Shown here: piece by piece, positions 1-7,372 of the stretch
Layout: the number at the start of each line of letters is the position of its first letter
Position numbering within the stretch: the first letter of the stretch is position 1
Source: a virus
Taxonomy: Duplodnaviria > Caudoviricetes
Length of the DNA: 64,000 nt
Strand: one strand, 5' to 3'
IMG/VR virus record: IMGVR_UViG_3300029288_000100
Span: 32,001 to 96,000 of that record
Position numbers and translations under genes: made by a program
Notes under the pieces: model-generated
Told to the model about the DNA's origin: nothing
What the model saw: only the letters and a program-made list of their open reading frames with translations
Database searches by the model: none

Positions 1-814
1 CGGGTAGCAGCTTGTAGATCTCGTCCGTGTAGCGAAGCACCTGGTCGAGGTGCGCCCTCAGCTTCAGCGAACCGTCACCGACGAGCTTCGTCTTCCCGCG
101 GAGCAGCTCGTGGAGCTCGGAGAGGGTGCGGCCGAAGTCGAGCGCCTGCCGAACCGCCTTGTTGAGCAGTCGCAACAGGCGCTCGGCTGTGTCGTCCTCG
201 CTCTCGGCCAGTCCATCACGGATCTGCTTGAGCGCAACCCGGACCTGCTTCTCCGTTGGCTGTCGCCCACCGGCGCTCTCGACCGCCTTGTTCCAAACCT
301 TCGGCTGATCTTTGGACGGGACAGACGTCAGGGGACGGACTTGCTTCTCGCTCTCCGGCAGGAGCGTTCGGGTGCGCGGCGAACGGTGGCTACTGCTGGC
401 AGTGATTTCAGGTGGTTTAGTAGAAAACGCGACGGAATTGGAGTTTTTTTCTCCAACCCGGGTTGGAGAAAGATTTGCTGAATCAGTCGCGTTTTTCTGA
501 GAACTATTACGGTTTTCTCCGGGAACATCTGCGGCCGTCAGGTTGTGCACCACCGCTGCACTGCCGATGAGTTGTCTGGCGCGCTCCTGATCCCACCCCC
601 ACCGCTCCTGGCAGTAGTCCAGGAAGGAGCGGTAGTCCTCACGGTAGAGGCGCTGGTCCCGGATCTCCCGGAGAGCGTCGCCCATCTTAACCCAGGCCTG
701 CTTGGCCACCTTCGCCTGGTCCGCGAACTGGACCTCGAGCTCCTGAAAACGTGCGCGCTCCTCGACGGAGAGCTGACCCTGCGCCATCTGTTCGTCTGTC
801 TGGTCGCGAGTCAT
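1..814 (-). CDS. Phage early protein, 3'-truncated by the window edge (MTRDQTDEQMAQGQ...GDALREIRDQRLYREDYRSFLDYCQERWGW...)
   Basis: Not in the ORF track because no stop lies in the window. My translation is open from ATG 814 (SD GGAG) to base 2. The ALREIRD-RLYR-F-DYC-ERWG motif is common in phage DNA-associated proteins. Confidence 0.8.
   Translation of the reverse strand, partial: MTRDQTDEQMAQGQLSVEERARFQELEVQFADQAKVAKQAWVKMGDALREIRDQRLYREDYRSFLDYCQERWGWDQERARQLIGSAAVVHNLTAADVPGENRNSSQKNATDSANLSPTRVGEKNSNSVAFSTKPPEITASSSHRSPRTRTLLPESEKQVRPLTSVPSKDQPKVWNKAVESAGGRQPTEKQVRVALKQIRDGLAESEDDTAERLLRLLNKAVRQALDFGRTLSELHELLRGKTKLVGDGSLKLRAHLDQVLRYTDEIYKLLP
424..495. repeat. Nested palindrome: perfect 24-bp TTTCTCCAACCCGGGTTGGAGAAA (448-471) plus symmetric 10-bp arms AAAACGCGAC (424-433) / GTCGCGTTTT (486-495)
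   Basis: Read directly; both elements share the axis 459/460; local AT enrichment. Confidence 0.85.
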
Positions 815-843
815 TACTCCAGCCTTAACAGTCCGGCTCGACG

Positions 844-1080
844 TCATGGCTTGTCGCTCCCCTCATTCGCGCTCCCCTGCGAACCTGGCCCGGCCCAGAT
901 ATGCTCGACCAGTCGGCCCAACCCGACCGCACCCAACCCACGCACAAGCAGGTAGTCGAGCACCTTGGTCCTGCTCAGGCTGACCCCCAGCATCCGCTCG
1001 ATGATCGGGTGAGCCTCATCGATGGCAGCCGCCACCTCGTCACTCACACGCGCCCGAGTTTCTTTGCCATTTTCAGCCAT
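844..1080 (-). CDS. Cro-like / ribbon-helix-helix small regulator
   Basis: MAENGKETRARVSDEVAAAIDE...LSRTKVLDYLLVRGL has an RHH-like pattern. SD AGGGAGAG precedes ATG 1080. Divergent from the repressor. Confidence 0.65.
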   Translation of the reverse strand: MAENGKETRARVSDEVAAAIDEAHPIIERMLGVSLSRTKVLDYLLVRGLGAVGLGRLVEHIWAGPGSQGSANEGSDKP

Positions 1081-1101
1081 GACTCTCCCTCTTGCCACGC
1101 A

Positions 1102-1192
1102 GTCCCAAATTGGGACATATTTGTCCAAGGTTGAAAAGTAACATAGTCCCAAGATTGGACGAAGTCAACATCTAATCGTCACATCGTGGGAC
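1102..1192. promoter_or_regulatory. Immunity region: three 15-bp operators GTCCCAAATTGGGAC (1102-1116), GTCCCAAGATTGGAC (1146-1160), GTCACATCGTGGGAC (1178-1192); leftward promoter TTGACT(1168-1163)-17-TATGTT(1145-1140)
   Basis: Palindromic consensus GTCCCA-N3-TGGGAC in the AT-rich gap between divergent regulators; the middle operator fills the promoter spacer. Confidence 0.8.
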
Positions 1193-1205
1193 TAAAGAGG
1201 GAACG

Positions 1206-2018
1206 ATGCGTACCGACACTGGAATTGACTGGGTGAAAGTAGCTGCGCGCATCATCGAGCGCCGCGAGCAAGTCTACGGCCCCAGATCAGGACCAACTTT
1301 CGCGCGCAAGATAGGCGTGTCCAAACAGACACTTTCGCGATGGGAGCAAGGGGCCACCATCAGAAAACCCGACCTTGAGACGCTGAGGCGCGAGCTCGGA
1401 ATGGCCCCACCGTGGCCCCTCGATGAGGGCGAAGAGACTGAACAACCTATTCTCCAAGCTGACCGAGACTGGCTCAATACCTGGTACAAGGTCCCTAAGC
1501 AGCACCGAATCCACCTGGAGGCGCTGGCCCGCGCGTTACTGCCGGTCGAACTGATCGCTGAACCCACCCAGTGCGAACTCGCTCAGACCGACATCGAGCG
1601 CGCGAAGGAGCGACGCAAGAAGAAGGCACCTGAACCGCCACTCGTGGGCCGCGTCGCCGCGCGCGAGGAGTCAGCACGGGTCGACTTCGCGGCGTGGGAG
1701 GAGTCATCCTCGGAGCTGGCGCGCGTGATCGTCGACGGCAACAGCATGGAGAGCATCTACCCGGACGGCACGGAGCTCCTCGTCAAACGCGCCAATCTCA
1801 ACTACAAGGTCGGCGACATCGTGATCGCGGAGACGGGAGCGCACGGGCTGGTCTGCAAGCGCTACAAGAGGCAGCGACACGGCGTCGTCACCTTGGAGAG
1901 CTGCACGGAGCGCAAGATCGAGCCCATCACCGGACCGCGCACGGAGAATGGGGAGGAGGGCATTGACGGGATCAGTGTGCGAGCCGTCGTCGTCGGAGTC
2001 TACGAGTCCGAACGCTGA
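1206..2018 (+). CDS. CI-like repressor (XRE HTH + S24 peptidase domain)
   Basis: HTH FARKIGVSKQTLSRWEQG; S24 Ser (VDGNSM) and Lys (VCKRY); LexA-like PLVGRVAA segment. Confidence 0.9.
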   Translation: MRTDTGIDWVKVAARIIERREQVYGPRSGPTFARKIGVSKQTLSRWEQGATIRKPDLETLRRELGMAPPWPLDEGEETEQPILQADRDWLNTWYKVPKQHRIHLEALARALLPVELIAEPTQCELAQTDIERAKERRKKKAPEPPLVGRVAAREESARVDFAAWEESSSELARVIVDGNSMESIYPDGTELLVKRANLNYKVGDIVIAETGAHGLVCKRYKRQRHGVVTLESCTERKIEPITGPRTENGEEGIDGISVRAVVVGVYESER

Positions 2019-2041
2019 CGCGCACGAAAGGGGGACCGCGT

Positions 2042-2554
2042 GTGACCACCAAGCAAACAGCAGAACTCCTCGTCGTCGGGTTCGTGCTCTTCGCGCTCAT
2101 CCTGAATGCGTGCGAGGACTGCATACAAACACCACCCACGACGGCGCCAGCCGCGGCAACTCCACCATCACCCTTACCCGACGCGACACTCAGCGTCGAC
2201 TGTAGAGGAGTCCTGGAGGACGCCGCCATCCTCGAGAAGCTCCACCGACAGGCGCAATCCCTCCGCTACCGCCTCTCCCGGGACACCTGCCAGAACATCA
2301 CCACCCTGGTTGAGGCGCGCTTCGACGCGACGTGGTCGACCAAGCGGAGGGTGCCTCCGCGCCGCGTACCGGGGGAGCCGCCCACCGCCGACGCGGCCCG
2401 CACGCTGCACATGAGCGGAGTCGCGATCCTGCTCCAGCTCGTCTGTGACGGACCAGCGAAGCTGAGGCGCGAGTTCGGACCCGACATCGTCCGCGACTAC
2501 GAGCGGGACCTGACGCAGTTCATCGCGCGTGTGAGGGAGACCTGCGCACGCTAG
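2042..2554 (+). CDS. Putative lipoprotein/membrane-anchored cargo protein
   Basis: Hydrophobic N-terminus ending ILNAC, followed by a Pro/Thr linker. Confidence 0.6.
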   Translation: MTTKQTAELLVVGFVLFALILNACEDCIQTPPTTAPAAATPPSPLPDATLSVDCRGVLEDAAILEKLHRQAQSLRYRLSRDTCQNITTLVEARFDATWSTKRRVPPRRVPGEPPTADAARTLHMSGVAILLQLVCDGPAKLRREFGPDIVRDYERDLTQFIARVRETCAR

Positions 2555-2563
2555 GAGGGGACC

Positions 2564-3628
2564 ATGTCATTCGCGTTGCGCGTACCTATGTTGACCGCAT
2601 TGCTCGTCGCGAACCCGAGCTGCTCGAGCGAGACCTGCGTCTCGGGGGCGACCCAGGTCTGCCACTGTCCGAGCGGCAAGCAAGGCGCGCAGTCCTGCGT
2701 CACCGAAGGCACCGGCTGGGGTCCGTGCCTCTGCGAGGGGAACATCGACGCAGGCCCCGACGACAGTCACACCCCTGACGCCCGACCACCCGGAGCAGAA
2801 GCCGGTGTCCCTACCCCTGACCGTTCCGTCGCTCCCGACGGCTGCGTACCAGAAACTGAGACCTGCAACGGGGTCGACGAGAACTGCAACGGCATCGTCG
2901 ACGACCTACCGGCTGGGACACCGAACACGTGGCGCGGCTACCGCGACACCGACGGCGACGGGTTCGGCACCGCCTCCTCGGCCGCGTGGCTCTGCGAACC
3001 ACAACCCGGATGGACCCAGAAACCCGGTGACTGCGACGACAAGCGCAAGGACGTGAACCCAGACATGACTGAGGTCTGTGGAGACGGGGTCGACAACGAC
3101 TGCAACGGGGTGAAGGAGGACACAGAAGTCTGCGGCTCGACACCTGCCCTCGTCGGCGACGCCAGCGACCTGACCGACCCGGGCGCCGTCCTGAAGACGT
3201 GCGGAATGGGTACCGTGTCCTCCGAGCTCGACGTGATCGCCCTCGCTGCCAAGCAGGACAAGCTCAACATCCGGTTCACCGCGAGGCTGGCCGGAGCGCC
3301 GTCCACCACAACGTGCGCCTCCTATGTCCTGCGGCTCGGCACCTTCCAGAAGGTCTACGAGATGATCTACGTCTTCCGCCCCGCCGGCGCCCCGTGCAGC
3401 GGTCTCCCCCAGCTCGAGGCATACCTGAAGGGGATGAAGGTGACCCCGGGTGCCACCGCGACTGTGAACGGGAGCGACGTGTCCTTCCTCATTCCCAAGA
3501 CCGAGTACTTCCCGTCGCTGAGCACACCGAGCTACTACCTCAAGGTCTGCACCAACGCGGTCGCCGACGCCTTCAAGGACGTGACGGACTGCGCCAGTGA
3601 CTCCTGCGAGACACCGGTCCACCGATGA
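2564..3628 (+). CDS. Cys-rich secreted/lipoprotein with MopE-related putative metal-binding repeats
   Basis: Signal-like N-terminus; ETCNGVDENCNG and DCDDKRKDVNPDMTEVCGDGVDNDCNG motifs typical of myxobacterial surface proteins. Confidence 0.75.
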   Translation: MSFALRVPMLTALLVANPSCSSETCVSGATQVCHCPSGKQGAQSCVTEGTGWGPCLCEGNIDAGPDDSHTPDARPPGAEAGVPTPDRSVAPDGCVPETETCNGVDENCNGIVDDLPAGTPNTWRGYRDTDGDGFGTASSAAWLCEPQPGWTQKPGDCDDKRKDVNPDMTEVCGDGVDNDCNGVKEDTEVCGSTPALVGDASDLTDPGAVLKTCGMGTVSSELDVIALAAKQDKLNIRFTARLAGAPSTTTCASYVLRLGTFQKVYEMIYVFRPAGAPCSGLPQLEAYLKGMKVTPGATATVNGSDVSFLIPKTEYFPSLSTPSYYLKVCTNAVADAFKDVTDCASDSCETPVHR

Positions 3629-3655
3629 TCCCCCGCGAGCCGGATACCATCCGGT

Positions 3656-4054
3656 GTGAGTCCAGCCGGTCTCCTCAGCGCACGACAAGCCGCCGCCTAC
3701 CTCGGGGTCAGCGCGTCACACTTCCGCCGCGAGCTCGCGCCGCGCCTACCCAGGGTCTGGCTCGGTGGGCAGACCTTCCGCTATCGCAAGGAGGCGCTTG
3801 ACGCATGGGTCGCAGAGCACGAGGTTGGACCCTCCGACTCAAGGGCGACACGTACCAAGCGCGCTTCACCGTCGGAGGCGAGCGCTTTGAGCGATCCACG
3901 GGTTGCAGCCGCGTACGAGAGGCTAACAAGAAAGCGGCGACCCTCTACCAGGAGGAGATCGCCAAAGCCACCCCAGGAGCAGCCCGACAACGTGGTGCCG
4001 CTGAATCGCTCACCATCTCCCTCAGCCGGTGGTCAAAAGAGCTCGAGCACCTGA
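3656..4054 (+). CDS. Excisionase-like HTH_17 protein
   Basis: LLSARQAAAYLGVS...FRYRKEALDAWV; directly upstream of and overlapping the integrase. Confidence 0.8.
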   Translation: MSPAGLLSARQAAAYLGVSASHFRRELAPRLPRVWLGGQTFRYRKEALDAWVAEHEVGPSDSRATRTKRASPSEASALSDPRVAAAYERLTRKRRPSTRRRSPKPPQEQPDNVVPLNRSPSPSAGGQKSSST

Positions 4055-4878
4055 AGTCCGACGAGTGGCACACCACTCTCGAGGTCTACGCCCAGGCCCA
4101 CTGGATACCGCGGTGGCAGACAGCCGCGGAAATCACCTCATCCTCGGTCGCCGGCTATATCACGGAGCGGCTGGCCGCCGGCGCAAGCCCGGTCACTGTC
4201 CGCAAGGAGCTCTCCGGCCTGCGGCGCTTCCTGTTCTGGGCCCTGCGGGAGAAGCTGCTCACTGAGCTACCTGGGTGGGAATCACCAAAGGGCAAAAGCG
4301 ACTTCCAAGCCCTCTGCCTGACCCCGGCTCAGGTGGAGAAGATGCTGAAGCTCCTCCCGACCAAGGCGACCCACCCAAAGCACCTGCCAGTCCGCGAGTA
4401 CTACGCTCTCATGTGGACCACTGCCTTCCGCCGCGGGACGATGGCGCGCCTGCAGTGGAGCGACGTGGACCTGAAGGCGGGCACGATCACGGTCCGCCCG
4501 AGCGCCGACAAGAGGGAGTACGACCGCATGATCCCCATCGACAACGGCATGGTGAAGACGCTCAGGAAGCTGGGGCCCGGGGTGGGGCTCATCTTCGGCC
4601 AGCGTGACTTCCGGGTGCAGCTACAGCGAGCTGCAGAGGGCGCACTGGGGAAGGAACTGGGGAAGCGGGTGGGGAACCACACCTTGCGCCACTCCAGAGG
4701 CACCTGGTGGGCTGAGAACGGCGTGGACCTACCGACCCTACAGTACCTGATGGGCCACCGCACCCTAACCTCTACCGCCCGCTACCTGCACGGACGGTTC
4801 GAGTCAGCCCGGGCAGCCGTGGATCGGTTAGCGGGGAAAAAACGGGGAAACCAGGGTACGGCGGGGAAGAGCAAGTAG
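3805..4878 (+). CDS. int: Tyrosine integrase
   Basis: Catalytic R (FRRGT), HTLRH, LMGH and TARY; N-terminal arm-binding-like segment; ends beside the tRNA fragment. Confidence 0.92.
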   Translation: MGRRARGWTLRLKGDTYQARFTVGGERFERSTGCSRVREANKKAATLYQEEIAKATPGAARQRGAAESLTISLSRWSKELEHLKSDEWHTTLEVYAQAHWIPRWQTAAEITSSSVAGYITERLAAGASPVTVRKELSGLRRFLFWALREKLLTELPGWESPKGKSDFQALCLTPAQVEKMLKLLPTKATHPKHLPVREYYALMWTTAFRRGTMARLQWSDVDLKAGTITVRPSADKREYDRMIPIDNGMVKTLRKLGPGVGLIFGQRDFRVQLQRAAEGALGKELGKRVGNHTLRHSRGTWWAENGVDLPTLQYLMGHRTLTSTARYLHGRFESARAAVDRLAGKKRGNQGTAGKSK

Positions 4879-5070
4879 GGCCAGAATTCTCGGAATCCTA
4901 AATAATCTCAAGTAGTGCGAAAGGGGGGAGTCGAACCCCCACAGCCTTGCGGCCGCTGGAACCTGAATCCAGCAACACGCGCCGGGAACACGTGGTTTTG
5001 CTGGGTTCCGCGCGCCATGAGTGGCTTTTTTGGGGGAATCGAAGCCGATAACGGGGAAGGAAGTGGGGAA
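4832..5070 (+). repeat. Putative integrase arm-type sites (C/T)GGGGAA at 4832, 4843, 4862, 5052 and 5064
   Basis: Same-orientation 7-mers, two pairs spaced 11-12 bp, on both sides of the tRNA core; AACGGGGAA is identical at 4841 and 5050. Confidence 0.55.
4916..4973 (-). mobile_element. att core: 3' 58 nt of tRNA-Leu(CAG), not a complete tRNA
   Basis: Minus strand reads GCTGGA-TTCAGGT-TCCAGC (anticodon CAG), long variable arm, GGGGGTTCGACTCCCCC T-arm, then the acceptor 3' strand ending TTTCGCA. No D-arm or 5' acceptor strand upstream. Confidence 0.88.
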
Positions 5071-5105
5071 GCAACCCGCCACGTCACGCCCCCGATAACC
5101 CCGGC

Positions 5106-5246
5106 ATGCCCTGCCTGGTGAAGCTGCTCTGCCGCATCTGCCTGCAGTGGGCCGAAGCATTCCGCGACCCGCACGCGGTGAAGCTCGCCCAGGCACTGCT
5201 CGACTGGGCCGCGGACAAGGGGCTCGAGGATGAGGTGTGGAACTAG
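5106..5246 (+). CDS. Small hypothetical protein (46 aa, MPCLVKLLCRICLQWAEAF...)
   Basis: Own translation; GC3-rich codons; stop overlaps the stop of the recombinase; no clear SD. Confidence 0.35.
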   Translation: MPCLVKLLCRICLQWAEAFRDPHAVKLAQALLDWAADKGLEDEVWN

Positions 5247-5941
5247 CCTGCCAGCACCGACCGCACAGACGACGCGTACCAGATGCCCCCGCGCTTCGTC
5301 GGCACCCGGTCCGCGTTCAGCCGCTCCGCGATCTCCCGGAGCGCCAGGCCTCGCGCACGCAGGTCCCGGATGGTGCCCAGCACCCGCTGCTCACCCGGGT
5401 CGACCTCGAACCTCTGCCCGACCCGGCGGAAGCCGAAGCGGTCGCGGGTGGTGACGCGCCCCTCGCGGTGGCACCTCTCCATCGCCTCCCGGGTGCGCTG
5501 CGCAATGAGGTCCCGCTCCATCTGCGCCAGCCCACCCAGGATGGTGAGCGTGAAGCGACCATGCGGGGTGGAGGAGTCGAGCTGCTCCCGGACCGACACG
5601 AACCCGCGGCCGGCGCGGTTGAGCTCGTCCACTGTCTGCAGGAGGTCCAGCGTGCTCCGCGAGAGTCGGTCGATAGCGTAGACCACGAGCGCGTCCGCCT
5701 CCCCGCGCCGAAGGCGATCCAGCACCTCCTGGACGCCCGGCCGATCGAGGTTCTTCCCTGAGGCGCCGCGGTCCGCCACCACGTCCACGAGCTCGCCGCC
5801 GGCGAAGCTCACGTACGCCCGGATCCGCTCCTCCTGCGCCTCGAGCGACACACCGTTCTCAGCCTGGTCCGACGTGCTCACCCGGATGTACCCAATGTAC
5901 CTCGACGAACGCGACGGCTGGAGCATCTTCACACGAGTCAT
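5243..5941 (-). CDS. Serine recombinase (resolvase catalytic domain + short Recombinase-type DNA-binding domain)
   Basis: YIRVST catalytic Ser, SGKNLDRPG, DRLSRS; C-terminal LREIAERLNADRVPTKRGGIW. Confidence 0.9.
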   Translation of the reverse strand: MTRVKMLQPSRSSRYIGYIRVSTSDQAENGVSLEAQEERIRAYVSFAGGELVDVVADRGASGKNLDRPGVQEVLDRLRRGEADALVVYAIDRLSRSTLDLLQTVDELNRAGRGFVSVREQLDSSTPHGRFTLTILGGLAQMERDLIAQRTREAMERCHREGRVTTRDRFGFRRVGQRFEVDPGEQRVLGTIRDLRARGLALREIAERLNADRVPTKRGGIWYASSVRSVLAG

Positions 5942-5968
5942 GGGCAGCCTCTTTGTTGGTACACCATC

Positions 5969-5997
5969 ATCTTAACCGCGGTTAACCGCGGGGTCAA
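5969..5997 (-). promoter_or_regulatory. Sigma-70-type promoter TTGACC-17-TAAGAT with operator CTTAACCGCGGTTAAC
   Basis: Read directly; same motif as at 55849, 59735, 60775 and 60852. Confidence 0.8.
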
Positions 5998-6022
5998 CGA
6001 TATTCGGGAGGGATGGTGGTAG

Positions 6023-6205
6023 CTAGCCCGCTTTGTTCTGGCTAATCCGCGCTTCAACCACTCGGACAGCCGCTTGGAGCCCGTGTAGATATCCTTGGTA
6101 CTCAGAGAACAGCTCGGAGTCGAACGGTGCGACTGCCTGGTCTACCAGCTTTCTCAGGTCCGCGAGCACTTCGTTGAGTGCCCTATGTGCGTCAAGAGAA
6201 GTCAT
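6023..6205 (-). CDS. Hypothetical protein, 60 aa
   Basis: Follows the primase in the operon with an SD-like AGGTG. Confidence 0.5.
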   Translation of the reverse strand: MTSLDAHRALNEVLADLRKLVDQAVAPFDSELFSEYQGYLHGLQAAVRVVEARISQNKAG

Positions 6206-6217
6206 ATGAACACCTGC

Positions 6218-7372
6218 TCAGGCGAGTCTCCGCACCCGACGAAAGTGCAAGAGCACCTGGGGACACACCAGCGAGCCGCGGACCGCGTCCTCGGGGGCGT
6301 CCGCCGGGTCTGTCCCCTCCGGCATCTGGTGCACGCGCACCTCTGAGAACACCGAGAAGCGACTGCGCACCGACTCCGCCAGCGCCGCGCCGCCGGCGTC
6401 CCCATCCGCCAGGCAGAGGACCATCCGGGCGCCACGGAGTGCCCTCGCCTGCGCCTCGTGTACGCGCCCGCCGAGGACCGCCCGCACGTTCCCCAGCGAC
6501 GTGAGCGCTGAGGCACCCAGCGCCACCAGCGTCCGCTGCACCCGGAGCGCGTCGAAGATCCCCTCCACGAGCACCACCGGGCGCGAGAGGTCCGGTTCCC
6601 CATCGCCCCACGTCACCCCCGCGGAGGGGAGCGGCACGCCCGGGCAGTAGCGCCCCTTGTCGCGGGACGGCAGCCGCCGGGTGATCCCGCGGACGAACCA
6701 GTTCACGTCCTCGCCGGCGCGCCGGATGGGGAAGAGCACGCCCGGCACCGTCCGACCCAGGGTGCTCTTGAGATCCGCGCCGGCCCGGCGCACCGCGCGC
6801 ACGCCGAGCTCCGCGGCACGCTTCGGCGTCACCCCGCGCCCGGCGAGGTAACGGAGGAACTCGGGGGTCGCCTGCTCAATGGGCTGCGACGGGGGCCAGA
6901 TCACCTCCGGCTGTGGGAGGGGAACCTTCGCGAGCCGCAACGCCTCGATCGCGCGCCAGTGTGCGTCCGGGTCCGGCTCCGCCTTCTTCACCCGCAGCTT
7001 GAGGTACTCGGCGCGCAGCCACTTCTCTGCGGTCTCCTCCTCGTCGTTCGTGCTGAAGCTACTGAACTTCCCTCGCTGGACCCGCGACACCAGGTCCAGG
7101 AACGACGCACCGTAGATGCTCCCACCCGGGTGTGACCAGCAGTTGAACCACCCGAGGCGGTTCCGCCCCTTCTCGTCGACGACCGGCTCGACGCAGACGT
7201 GGAATGAAGGGTGCGCCTCGACGTGGTCCGGATCCGGGCAGTAGCAGTAGAGGTCAGCCCCCTTGAGGTGACTCACCTGCACCCCAAGGTCCTCGAGCAC
7301 CTCCTCCAGGTCGAGTCGTTGGAGCATCCGCAGCATCCGGCTGATCCGGTGCTCCCTGGCCTCACTCGACAT
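6218..7372 (-). CDS. DnaG-like primase (Zn finger + TOPRIM)
   Basis: CPDPDH...FNCW Zn-binding region; VEGIFD, DGDAGG and DPAD TOPRIM motifs. Confidence 0.85.
   Translation of the reverse strand: MSSEAREHRISRMLRMLQRLDLEEVLEDLGVQVSHLKGADLYCYCPDPDHVEAHPSFHVCVEPVVDEKGRNRLGWFNCWSHPGGSIYGASFLDLVSRVQRGKFSSFSTNDEEETAEKWLRAEYLKLRVKKAEPDPDAHWRAIEALRLAKVPLPQPEVIWPPSQPIEQATPEFLRYLAGRGVTPKRAAELGVRAVRRAGADLKSTLGRTVPGVLFPIRRAGEDVNWFVRGITRRLPSRDKGRYCPGVPLPSAGVTWGDGEPDLSRPVVLVEGIFDALRVQRTLVALGASALTSLGNVRAVLGGRVHEAQARALRGARMVLCLADGDAGGAALAESVRSRFSVFSEVRVHQMPEGTDPADAPEDAVRGSLVCPQVLLHFRRVRRLA

Noticed and set aside
4916-5010. Complete tRNA-Leu gene
   Set aside because: No D-arm or 5' acceptor strand upstream of the anticodon stem; only the 3' part is present.
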